Translations under genes and position numbers: made by a program | Source: Dimorphilus gyrociliatus | Lineage: Eukaryota > Animalia > Annelida | Assembly: GCA_904063045.1 (NCBI GenBank) | Contig: CAJFCJ010000013.1 | Coordinates: forward strand, 1,098,156 to 1,162,155 | Direction of reading: 5' to 3' | Length of the DNA stretch: 64,000 bases | Shown: positions 47,440 through 59,349 of the stretch, one piece after another | Layout: every line of letters starts with the position of its first letter | Numbering within the stretch: the stretch's first letter is position 1 | Notes under the pieces: model-generated | What the model was told of the DNA's origin: nothing | The model's database searches: none | The model's input: the letters and a program-made list of their open reading frames with translations, nothing else

Positions 47440-50099
47440 ATGACGAACGCTTCAGAAAATGATCAAGACGTTCATAAAGGCTATCTTCATAAGTGGACAA
47501 ATTATTTAAAGGGGTATCAGAAACGATTCTTCATACTCAACAACGGTCTGCTTTCCTACTACAGGTAGTTAGCGTAATATTTCATTGATACACATTACGA
47601 TTAAAGTATAACGGAATAAAAACATAGAGCGATAAAAACAAACTATAATCATACGACAGTTAATCGATGTCCTTTGCTTTACGTCGTATATGTCAATCAT
47701 ACATATTTTAAGAGGTCAATCAATGATTTCGGAAGTTGCGAAATTGTTTAGAAAAAAATTAAGTAAGAGGTACATTTAATGAATCCAACCTATATAAAAT
47801 ATTTTAGGTTTTATTAGTAAACAGCTGTTGAACACGAAATAAATTGATTATAGAACAAGATTGTTATATTAAAAAATGTATAAATTACAGAAATCCCAAT
47901 GAAGTGGAACATTCTTGCAGAGGTACGATTAACTTGGCGAATGCTAAACTAAGCTACGAAACAGATTCTTTAGCTTTTGTTATAACAAATAAGAGTGGAG
48001 AAACGTTTCATTTGAGAGCCTTAAGCGACTCGGATAGAACTTTGTGGCTGAATAAAATAAAAGAGGCAAAGAGCAAGCAGATAAAGGATGAAGAATCATC
48101 TGATGACGACGAGGAACAAGCTTACCCGAGTAAAGCTGAAATACAAGATACTTTGAAACACCTAAATAAGAAGTTGGAAGCACTAGTGACATGTAGAGAT
48201 GTACTAACAAAACATTTCCCACCTCTTCAGAAGGCTTTAACTGATTTAGAAAAGCTGTCACCCACATCACATCATGATTTGGAAGCTCTACCGGTTAAAG
48301 TGAAAGCTCTCAACGAGAGAGCGTCGATGTATCGCTTAATGTCCAATTCGATGATTGGCGCATGCGCAGATTTCATAGAACTAGCACAAGCGCAAGGTGG
48401 GCGATGGCAGAAGATGCTAAAGAGTGAGCACGAAAATCGCAAGCAGTTAGAAAAGCTGGTTGAACAAATAGCTAAGCAGCAAAGAAAACTTGAAAAAGAA
48501 ACCTTTAAGGTTCTCTCTAACTCTGGTTTGAAACCTCCCCCACTACCTGTTGCTATGGATAATGCACCCCAAGACTCAGATGAATCAGAAGATTTTCAAG
48601 ATGCTGTTGAAATTCAAGACTTTTCAGATATGCAAGATTCGTCTCCGGATTGGCGAAATAGAGCACATATTGTAGGTCATTCGAGAAGTGCATCTGCTGG
48701 AAGCGCTGACAGCTTTTTGGGCCCAACCAGAGATAATAGGCAACATTCAAGAGAATCGAGTAGTTCATCAATTGAAAGTTGGACAAAAACTGGTCAAAAA
48801 CTTATTGTTGCTCACCCTAGGAAAAGACGAGATAGAATTCCAAGTAAGCCAAATTCTGGAGTTAATCTTTGGTCAATTGTTAAGAATTGTATTGGAAAGG
48901 AGCTTTCCAAAATACCTATGCCTGTAAATTTTAGTGAACCTCTCTCAATGTTACAAAGACTAGCTGAAGATTTTGAGTACTCCGATCTATTAGATCAGGC
49001 AGCTAAATGTGATGACTACTGCGAGCAGATGGTCTACGTAGCTGCTTTTACTGTATCATCTTACGCAAATACAGCCAGCCGAACTGGTAAGCCGTTCAAT
49101 CCCCTTTTAGGAGAAACCTTCGAGGCAGATAGAAGAGACGATTTTGGCTGGCGATTGGTCGCCGAGCAGGTTAGCCATCATCCTCCTGCTTGTGCAACAT
49201 ATACTGAAGGTCGTAACTGGAGAGCTTGGCAAGAATTTACTATGGCCTCAAAATTTCGCGGAAAGTACCTACAGATTATTCCTCAAGGTATTGCTCATCT
49301 AGAATTTCCAAAGTCCGGGAACCATTACACTTGGCGTAAAGTTACGACAACAGTTCATAATATCATCCTTGGTAATCTATGGGTTGATAATCACGGTGAT
49401 ATGGTTATTCAAAATCATACCACAAGAGACAAGTGCCAATTGAACTACTCGGCCTATTCGTATTTTTCAAGAGATAAACCTCGCCGTGTAACAGGAGTAA
49501 TAACCGATAAGGATGGTGTTCGCCGGTATGTTCTTCGTGGTTTTTGGGATGATCAAATAGACGGAGCCAAAGTGATAAATACTACAATGTCTAAGGGCAA
49601 GACTATTTACGAAACTAGTTCACATAAGCTAATTTGGAAGAGAAGAGTTTATCCAGAACTTAGCTCTTGCTATAATATGACAAAATTCGCTGTTGAGTTA
49701 AATGAGCCGGAAGATGGCGTTGCCCCCACTGACTCAAGAAATAGACCCGATCAACGTCAGATGGAAGAAGGCAATTTTGAAGCAGCAAATAAGATAAAAG
49801 TGATGCTGGAGGAAAAACAACGTGCAGCTAGAAAGAAGCGAGAAGAAGAGGCTGCTACTTTAGGTATATATATAAAAAAAATATTATATTATTTCAGATT
49901 CATTTTTAAATTCTTTTGTTTTTCAGGAATTGAAGGGGAAAACTGGACTCCTTGCTGGTTCAAGAAGATTGTTGATAAATCTGTAGATCCGAACGGGCAA
50001 TCCATTCACGTTTTCACCCACGAGTATTGGCAAAATAAAGAAAAACAAGACTGGTCCAGAAGTCCAGATATATTTATTAGCGATGCTGAAAAGAAATAA
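47440..50099 (+). CDS. OSBP: Oxysterol-binding protein (PH domain, FFAT-like motif, ORD)
   Basis: Exons 47440-47564 ([19 protein letters not shown]), 47891-49863, 49927-50099. FFAT-like EDFQDAVE; ORD motifs [45 protein letters not shown]. Confidence 0.96.
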
Positions 50100-50459
50100 A
50101 TTCTACTTCCATTATCAACATTATTTTTCCTATCAAGAGGTGTAAATGAACTGTTGAAAGCTTTTCAAGATATTTACTAAAACAAAAAAAAAAAAAGCAA
50201 TTGACTTTAAAAAAAAAAAAGAAAAAAAAAGATTTTTTCTTCATTCTTTTTTTGGGAATGGATAAAATTGATTCGTTTATGCACCGTTCGCAAAAGTTGA
50301 ACGTTTTGTGATTTTTTTAAAAAAATTCTAGTCTTCATTCTCGTTTTTTCTTTTTTACAATTTTATATTTTCCATAAAATGTCCAATTTAAAAGAAAAAA
50401 GGAGATTACGTAGTAAAAAGAGGCAGTGAGATAAAATTGAATGGAAGGACATATATTTA

Positions 50460-50496
<37 letters not shown>

Positions 50497-51067
50497 TACT
50501 AATATATCCGTAATTGTATTTTTCGTATGCATGAACTCGAATGGCAGATTTACTTATATACAGTAAGAAAAAGACAAAATGAATAGTAGATATCTTTGAC
50601 AAATTAGCTTTTTCATTTTTGAAAAGGGGATATAGCTCAGTTTTTTTTTCACACCATTTGCTTTGCAGCTATAGTCTGCAAAGAAAGGTCTAATAAAAGA
50701 AGATAGTAGCAGGGTTATTCAAAGATTTTTTTTTTCTTAGAATCGTTTGATTTGTCGGTGCTGAATAGTAATTTTCTAAAGAATATGCAGCTTAACTTGA
50801 AGTTCTGCTTCGTCTCATTCTTCAACTACTGCTTTGCTAACGTAAAATATTCTCTTACTCACGAGAAAAATGTTCTGTTACATTTTGTGTATAGCTATGA
50901 AAAAAATGCTTATTTTTTTCCCCAATAACTTAATATATTAAGCAATAATAAAAGATCATATTTCAGAATTTCTCTTTATTTATTTATTACTTTTTATACT
51001 TATTTGCTTTAGCTTTTAAATTATGGATGAATTATTATATCATATTATTAAAATATATAATTCAAGT

Positions 51068-51864
51068 TTATTTATTTTTGGAGTAAGTTTCAACAAACTT
51101 TACACAGCAACGAGAAATTAGTTGATAAACGTCCTCAAATACGCTATCTTCCTCGTAATAGGGATCCACAATGTATGGTGCTTTTTGTGGATCATATGCA
51201 GTTAGCATTTCTATGTTGGCTGGACAATCTTTAGGTGCCTCATACTTGACATCAGACAGATTATTATGATCCATGACGAGAATATGATCAAATTCTGTAA
51301 AGTCTGAGCTTCGTATCTAACCAAATGAAAAAAAAACATAGTATTCTTTCATTCTTCAATTTACAATTTTATATGAGATAATTACCTGTCTTGCTTTGTG
51401 TCTAAAATCTTTTATTCCGTGCTCTTTTAAGGTTCTTAAAGTCAGATGATATGGTTGTTTTCCAATATTATAGTCACTAGTACCACAGCTGTCGACTTCC
51501 CACTGTATATGAAAAAATTTATGATTAAATTTCATCCTTTATTTAGTTACATAATCTTCGAATCTACATTATTTAGGTATCAACTTACTCCAGTGAGGTT
51601 TTTTGTGGAGCAGATATTCTTCATTACAGCTTCAGCCATTGTACTACGGCAAATATTACCTATTCGATAACGAAAAGACTGTTATTAATTTTCCGGCTTT
51701 TAAAGACTTCTAAATAGGTAAAAAAAATGTATTTTTTTTACAGATGTAAACGTCATTGGCTTGCCGACAATCAGATCCGAGGTCAAACTACACATTTGCT
51801 TACTCAAATACATTTTTTAAATCATCTTTCTGTACTTACCGAGACAAACAAATAGGATTTTCAT
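51068..51864 (-). CDS. ACP1: Low-molecular-weight phosphotyrosine phosphatase (catalytically intact)
   Basis: Exons 51840-51864, 51589-51659, 51386-51502, 51068-51316 give MKILFVCLGNICRST...VDSCGT...HKARQI...FDHILVMD...YDPQ...IVDPYY...RCC. Confidence 0.95.
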
Positions 51865-52970
51865 ATTTTTTAGTGTTTGAAGTAGAATTTGCACCAAAAA
51901 CAATCGACTTAAGACCTAATTGACCCCTAGATGAAGACAGTTGCGAAATTTATAATAATTTAAGGCAAAGAAGTAAAGAAGAATTTTACCGGATTTAGAA
52001 ATGGCCGACATAGAAACTAAGTTTCCTTCCTCCATTTTTAATTTGTTTTATAAGATATAGTCAACTTTAAAAAAAAAAAAGAAAATAAAAACTCTCCCAA
52101 CAATAAACAATCTTTGTTTGTGGTATTTTAAAGATTTAAAATGACCTGTCGATCTTTTAAAAATTTATTTACATTATTTGAAAATTAAATAAAATATCTC
52201 ATATAGCTCAACTCATTAATATTCATGAATAGGGAGGCATATACAAACTATTGAAAGAAAAATGTTATATAATTCGCCAAAAATTCATTGAAGGCGACTG
52301 ATTTACTTTGGAGTATTCAATCTATATTTAGATTTTTATTATATAATCTGTTTATTATCATTATTATTATTATTATTGTTATTATACAAATACAACTTAT
52401 TATGAATTAATAACAATTAAAAGTCTAAATATATATCCGTTAAAAAGCAATTATCTTTATTTGAAATCCAGTGACACTATTTAAACAGGTTCATAAATTG
52501 CCAAAACAATCATTTGCTTACAAATAACTTTCCCTTCTATGTAATGGTACACCGATCAATCTAGATTCGCATGCAAGCCAAATTTAAACAAAATCTTATA
52601 GTTGTTTTGTTTTCCCACTATTGTATAACTTAGGCTTAACTGAATCAAGTTATTATAAAAATGTTTTTTTTCTTTTTTGGATAAAAGGAAACAAGAGAAG
52701 TTGTTTGAGATGCAAAAATGCTTCTCCTTACTGCTTTATTGTATGATGCATAAAAAGAAGTGTTTTTTTTATTATAAGAGGGTAATTTATGGAATACTGT
52801 GAAGAAGTAGTATTAATATACTTTACAATTGTAATTTATTGCTTTAGTAAGATTATGACAATAAGATTAATATACTAGAACGTCATTAAGAGACATCCTT
52901 ATGTCACAAGATAGGCCTTAATAATATAAAATATGTTCAATTTGGACAATTTTTACGGTGTCCAATTATA

Positions 52971-52980
52971 GCGCATGCGC
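52971..52980. promoter_or_regulatory. NRF1-like palindrome GCGCATGCGC upstream of ZDHHC5/8, with an ETS-like CCGGAAGT at ~53043
   Basis: Exact motifs 80-160 bp upstream of the ATG at 53129. Confidence 0.45.
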
Positions 52981-53128
52981 GTTAAGTTGCTTTGTACGTA
53001 CGGCGTATACCAATGAGCATGGCAAATAGCTGAAATATTCCGCCGGAAGTACACAGATCGTCGACATCGATATTGGAGCAATATCGTTAAATACTAAAAT
53101 TGACACATTTCCAATTTTTTAGCGAAAA

Positions 53129-54729
53129 ATGGCCTGTAAGTCGTTGTCACGTAAACTTCCAGCAATATGCGCATGGCTAGTTTTAATTGGTGCAACGTCT
53201 GCATTCTTCAGTTCATTGTAAGTATCTTAGTACAGGTGTGGTCAGTAAATTACAAACATTCAGAGATAATTCGATTTTATAGTAGGATTATACAAACTAC
53301 ATATTTTTTCTCTACTAGGGGTAAATTTCTACATGATAAACATCCAGCGATTCCATACTACTCAGCCATTATCACGATCTATGTAATAGCAAATTTTATA
53401 GCAGCAACATTTATGGATCCTGGCGTCTATCCCAAAGGTTACATATAATTGCATCTCTACTGATTTATTAGACTAAAATTTTTACAGCGCATAACGATGA
53501 ACTTAGAGACGATGATATTCGAGCTCCTCTCTATAAAAATGCGGAGATACTAGGTGTACCAGTTCGAATGAAGTGGTGTACAACCTGCAAGTTCTATAGA
53601 CCACCAAGGTGCTCACATTGCAGTACATGCAATTGTTGTATAGATACTTTTGACCATCACTGTCCGTGGGTGAACAACTGCGTTGGACGCCGAAATTATA
53701 GGCATTTCTTCATGTTTCTTATTGCCTTGGCTACTCATATGATAAACGTTTTTACACTATCTCTTATGTATATCGTTGAGCATAAAGATGATCTGAGTAC
53801 GGTCAACTGCGTCATTTCTATCATTGTAGTTGTGATCGTCGGCTTATTGGCATTCCCTATCTTTGGATTAACTGGATTTCACATAGTCCTTGTCTCCCGA
53901 GGTAGGACTACAAATGAGCATGTAAGTTATCAAATGAAAAAATGTTTTCTAATCCCTATGATGGACGTAATATAAAAATATTGATTTAGGTGACTGGAAA
54001 ATATTCCTCAGCTGAGAATCCCTTTGATAAGGGCTGTAAAAGGAATTGTCAATATATTTTCTGCTCCCCTCTCTATCCTTCCGTCATGAAAGTACGAACG
54101 AAGAATCCTCATTTAAGCGCCGAATCTTCTCGTATACACTACGAAGTTGGCCCAGAAGATGTCAACGTTTATATGGAACCAAATAATGGCGCCCCTGGTA
54201 AAACCGTTTCTGGACAAGCCGTCTATAAGCAGGTAAGTTTATTTTATGTGTGATTGCACTATGACTCTGTTTAAAAAAAAAAAGCGCTTAGATAAATAGT
54301 CTTTTGAGCTGCTTTATGCATGTATATCGAAAGTGAGATTTTCAGGCAGTAATTCGCTTATTAACAAAGCTGTTAATCGCAACGAATAGAGAGGAAAGTA
54401 ATTTTGATCCCAGATATAACAATTCGCACGTTGCCCACACTATAAACGAGAAGAGAACAAAAAAGCTTGCAAATATAGAGTTTTTGGATAGCTGTAACAA
54501 TACACGATGAGTGTATGTCGTATAAGCTAAATATATTTAAACTAAAAAAGTCTCAGCAATAACAAAAATTTCTACAAAAAAAAAAGAAATAGAAAACATC
54601 AATTCAAAAAAAAAAAATATAACAATGTAAGGTCTTTAGATTAAGGTTCTTTTTTGTTTCTTTTTTTTTTTCATCTTTACCACCAGCCTCTGTAAGTTGA
54701 AAAATAGCAACAAAATTTATTTATATACA

Positions 54730-54786
<57 letters not shown>

Positions 54787-56060
54787 GTATACTATATGTA
54801 CAATACATATGTACTCTATATATTTCTACTATACATATGTATTTATGTATATATATATATATATTACCGTTGGTATTCATTATTGTTTCATAAGCAAACA
54901 TACAGATGAAAGCATGTGCTTTGCGTGTGTGTGTATATAAATATATACATATATATATACGCGTATGAATGTGCGTAAGAGTAGAATGCACGTTATGCGT
55001 GCGTGTAGGTGTATGCAAAATGTATGCGTGGTGCAGGGCGAGGCTGGCAGACAATATTACTAGTTTGCCTCCAGCTCCTGGCTGCCTCATAAACAACCTT
55101 CTACTTTGCCACAACAGGACATCGAACGCCAGGTATGCTGTAACTGTTGTTGCGGTGTGATGCTTCATTATTTTCTCCGCCTGCCCCTGCGCCGTTGTTG
55201 CACCAGTTTTCGTATCTTTATTGTCTTTATATTTTAAATAATTTTATTTTGTATTCTATTCTTTTTTTATACTTTTATTATATTTCTATTCTATTTTTTT
55301 TATATGTATTTATTTTCTGGCTTTTAACGGTTAAACCCTTCTCCTATTGTTCTTTTCTTTTTTTTTCCAGTATGTTTGTTGTTTAATCTAATTTTATTTT
55401 TCTTATTGGATATGGTAATATTTATTTAAAAAGTATCTAATATGTTTTTTTGTTTCTTTTTCCTATTGACAGTTACAGCGAAGTCGCGAGTCAGTCTTAA
55501 CTGGAAATAAGCCAATCATCAAACAAAAAACGAACTATAAGGAGGCGATAAATCATCCACCGAGGTCACTTAATTACGCAAATGAAACCGCGTCATTAAA
55601 TCGTCGACCGTACATGGACGAAGGCCGACCGTCAAAGCCAATTGGTTTACATAGGAGTACTGATAAAGGTTCCATGACGAATTTCTATGAAAAGGCGGCT
55701 AGTAATCCTCCAGCACCACATACACAACCCAAGCCTAAACTTACTTCCCCATATAACGAGAGCCGGCCTTTCGTGGGAGAGAGTCATCTTGCCAGTGACG
55801 CTCTTTATCCAACAAATCAGGCACTAATCACCGATAAAAGGAAAAGAAAGCCAATACAAGAGCCCATAAATTCATTACCTGCATCTAGTCAAACGGCAAA
55901 AAGCGAAACAAACATACGCGACATACCCAATATACCAGGCACTCATAAACGGCCCATGTCGTTTGCAAAAGCTATGGATTTTCCAGAAGGCCTGGCGCCA
56001 CCTCCCTTAGACGACGTGCCCGAAGCAAAATACGGTTCTACGTACGAAATTTCCGTTTGA
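53129..56060 (+). CDS. ZDHHC8: Palmitoyltransferase ZDHHC5/8
   Basis: Exons 53129-53217, 53319-~53437, ~53488-53920, 53990-54232, 55473-56060. Motifs [67 protein letters not shown], and the C-terminal PDZ ligand GSTYEISV*. This is a pro-ortholog of ZDHHC5 and ZDHHC8. Confidence 0.95.
54722..55030. repeat. Compound (TA)n/(TATG)n/(GT)n microsatellite in a ZDHHC intron
   Basis: Directly visible tandem dinucleotide and tetranucleotide runs. Confidence 0.9.
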
Positions 56061-58450
56061 TTGCTCAACGATCAAGTGCTAAAGATTTTTCCTTTTTTTA
56101 TTACTGTTGTATCTCAAAAAAAAATTTGTTTCCTGATTCGAACGCATTCGGAACAAGCGGAAATTTTGTTTTTTTTATCGTTAATGGGCATTTCGTTAAG
56201 TTCGTTTTAAAACGAAGCTGTGATACGTAAATGCGCTCTACTTTGTTTTGCATGCTAATCTTACTGTTCGCGACTCAGATAATAATAAAAAAAAAACAAT
56301 TGAACATCGATAATAAAAAAGGGGGCTTTTTGTTGCTTTTTTTTATTTTTTATATTTATTTGTTTTAATATATCGATATACAAAGTTGGATGATTTAACA
56401 AAGAAAAAGTTGATTTTTTTCTTTTTTTTTTACCTTTTAAGAGTATTAAAATACTTTGAATATTTTAAAAAGGAAAAAGAAAACGACCAGTTTAAAATGC
56501 TTTCTCTTCCCATCTGTGCATATACCCTCTTCTTCCTGTTAACCACCTGTTTCTATTAGTACATTCCTTTTAGGTTAATGATAATTGAAATGTTATTATT
56601 TATGTCAAAGAAAATGTAGTTTTTTCATTTAAAATTAACCATTTTCCTTATTCTCTGAAAGACTACACCCCAAAGGGGTTTTATCTTATCCATCTTGTTC
56701 ATTACTAATGTATTGTATAACTTGAAATGTTATTTCCAGATTTTTTATGACTCCTTATCAGATTGTCCTAGATTGCTCACTTACTGACAGGTATTAATTG
56801 TATTTAGAAAAATCTTGAAAATATGCATAAATGGGAATAAAATGTAGTTTTCTTATCCCTACCGACAATAATTAAATCGCTCAGGTTAAAGGTACTCTTT
56901 ACAAATAGATTCCTTAAACGGATGTCAACCAAATGGACTTCCGATTCTTTATTCTAGTATAACGGGGATCAGGTTAAACTAAGATGATTAACTTATGCAT
57001 TTCAGATTAACATGAAGAAAATAGAACAATACTGAAACTACTTGATTTCACTTCGAATAATATAAAAAAGCTATATAAAATATATGATTCATCCTTTAAT
57101 CATTTCTCATGATTTCTAAAAAACAAAAAAATTCCCGTCTATAAATACCAGGTCTCTTGACTAAATATTTAAAGAAAAATATGATTTGTTCTACGTTATC
57201 TTTGCTCTTCTCTTTTATCTTCGGCTTTTGTTCGAATACCATATATAAAAAAATATAAGTGAAGGCATGAAAGTAACCTTAAAAGAAGCAAATAGAAAGT
57301 GATTAATAAATATGCGTATACATTATATTAGCTGATGAAAAGGAAAATTTTAAACGATGCTAAAATGACACAGACGAAAGGGAACAATAACTGCCACCTA
57401 CAGTATAATGTAGTAACTAAGACGTCTGTTGCAAAATTTTTTAAACTAGGCCTACAAAAGTAATATTATACTAAATAACTACTCAATTACACAAAAGCAG
57501 TCCACGAACACTTGCTTACATAATGAATAGGGTTTAAAAAAATGTGTTGTTTACAAATACAATAAAAGCCGAGTTTTGAAACGCCGAAAATTATAATCAT
57601 CACGATCATCGTTAGCAAATATTTATAACGAAAACCATAACAGTATAATCGTCCAGAAAATAAATCAAAAAAAAAAAACACTTTGAAGAAAAAAAAGAAT
57701 AAAAAAAAGAAAAGAAATTTAAAAGCACTAAACTGTCCGCAAAACAAGGATAAAAAATTAATAAGTATACAAAATCCCCAATGATTCTTAATTAAAATGA
57801 ATCATGCCGGTGTATATATTTATTTCATTTAATATAATCTTTACATAAAAAACTATGGTGGTGTCGTTTTTCTACTTTAATAAATGGTTGTTTTATATAA
57901 ACATATAATATCTATCTCTTGTTTCTTTTAATTTTTCCTGAAACAAGAAGAAACTTGTTTCAAAAAAGTATTTTTTGAATTTATTTTTATTTTTAAACGA
58001 ACAAAATTCAATGAACAAACAAACATTATAATGAACGATGGTAAGATTTTTGACGAGAAAGACATTTTTTCCTTTTACATAGTTGTTTTTTATTTTTTTG
58101 GATAAATCTGCGTCGAAAATTAGTAATATGTTTTACAGTGTAACAAAAAAAGGGAGGAATGAATGATGGATAGAAAAAGGGAATGAGAATAAAATATGAA
58201 TTGTTTAGATTCGTTAATAAACATACACCGAGAAAGTACATAAAGTTTAGTCAATTAGAATATCTTTTAGTTTAGTTTTTACATTTCCTTCTCCATCTCC
58301 ATATATCTCTCTCTCACTGTCTTCTTCTCTATGTCACTCATATTTTTTTTAGCTTGCCTACATTCTTGAATTAAAAGCAATTCAATAACTACTAAAAAGA
58401 AGAGCGAGAGAAGTGGAGAAGAATAGAAAAATGGAGTATATGTATCATTA

Positions 58451-59297
58451 TCAGTAGTCAACTCGTTCGCGGCGGCGAATTACTGTTTCGAAGAAGCCGC
58501 GGCAACAATCTTTTATAACACCAAAAGTATTCTGGAAAACTTCCAACTGTGGATAATAACAAGATTTTCGTTTAAAATTTACTTGAAAAGTTATTCTATT
58601 TTCAACTTACAGCTCTTTTATTATCGTATATTTCGTCGACTCTCTTCAAAGCTCTCGGATAGTAATCCGTCAAGCGTCTAAGTTTCGCTCTCGTAATAAT
58701 AGGTTTTGGCGTTTTCTTCTTTCTTCTAACACTAAAAAATCTGCTTTTTTTTTGCTTAACCCCATCTCTAATACCCATTGCAGCCTCGTAGTTTGCATTG
58801 TCGAAAGTTAAAATGTAATCGTAGCGTTCAAAGTCTTCTTTCGTAAGCTAAAAAGCGAAAAACAGTGTTACAGGATAATGAAAAATTGAATTCAAGAATT
58901 ATCTACTTGTCTAGAAGCATGATCAAAAATTTCAATCCTTCTAGCGAGGAAGCAAGCTTCAGCTATACAATTCGGACCAACACCCGCTTTTTTCACATCT
59001 ACTCCACAACTATCAATAAGAACTCTCTAAAAGGGAAATAAATGTTACTTCTATTGTCAAGTTCAGTATCTAATTACACATGAATTAGTTTTTTCAACCA
59101 GTAACACCAACCTGAGTTGTCTTTCGGCATTCCAAACACATTAGCGCCTGTGCGATAACACTTCGGCAAACATTCTCTATTTAAAGAATTAACTTTTTAA
59201 AATGAATTCAATAATTTTTAAGAAGTTTTTAACTTAAAAAATAACTGAAAAGCAAACCTTTGGAAACGAGTAAAACACTTATGTCAAACGAAGACAT
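58451..59297 (-). CDS. LMW-PTP (ACP1) paralog lacking the catalytic Cys and Asp; candidate pseudophosphatase
   Basis: Exons 59258-59297, 59112-59176, 59049-59069, 58907-59026, 58611-58847, 58451-58546; all GT-AG, in phase, no internal stop. Protein: MSSFDISVLLVSKENVCRSVIAQALM...LIDSCG...HASRQLTKEDFERYDYILTFD...AKLRRLTDYYP...VDEIYD...KDCCRGFFE. Confidence 0.85.
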
Positions 59298-59349
59298 TTC
59301 GAAGTTCTGTCTTAGTGCAAAATGAGCTGATACACTTTTAATTAGACAC

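Noticed and set aside
49864-49926. Apparent hydrophobic insert [21 protein letters not shown] in OSBP
   Set aside because: A 63-nt GT-AG intron that happens to be stop-free and in frame. Retention is possible but unsupported.
58730-58765. Apparent tiny intron or frameshift in the LMW-PTP paralog (gttaag...ttttag)
   Set aside because: The frame reads straight through (GVKQKKSRFFSV), so this is a coding basic insertion, not an intron.
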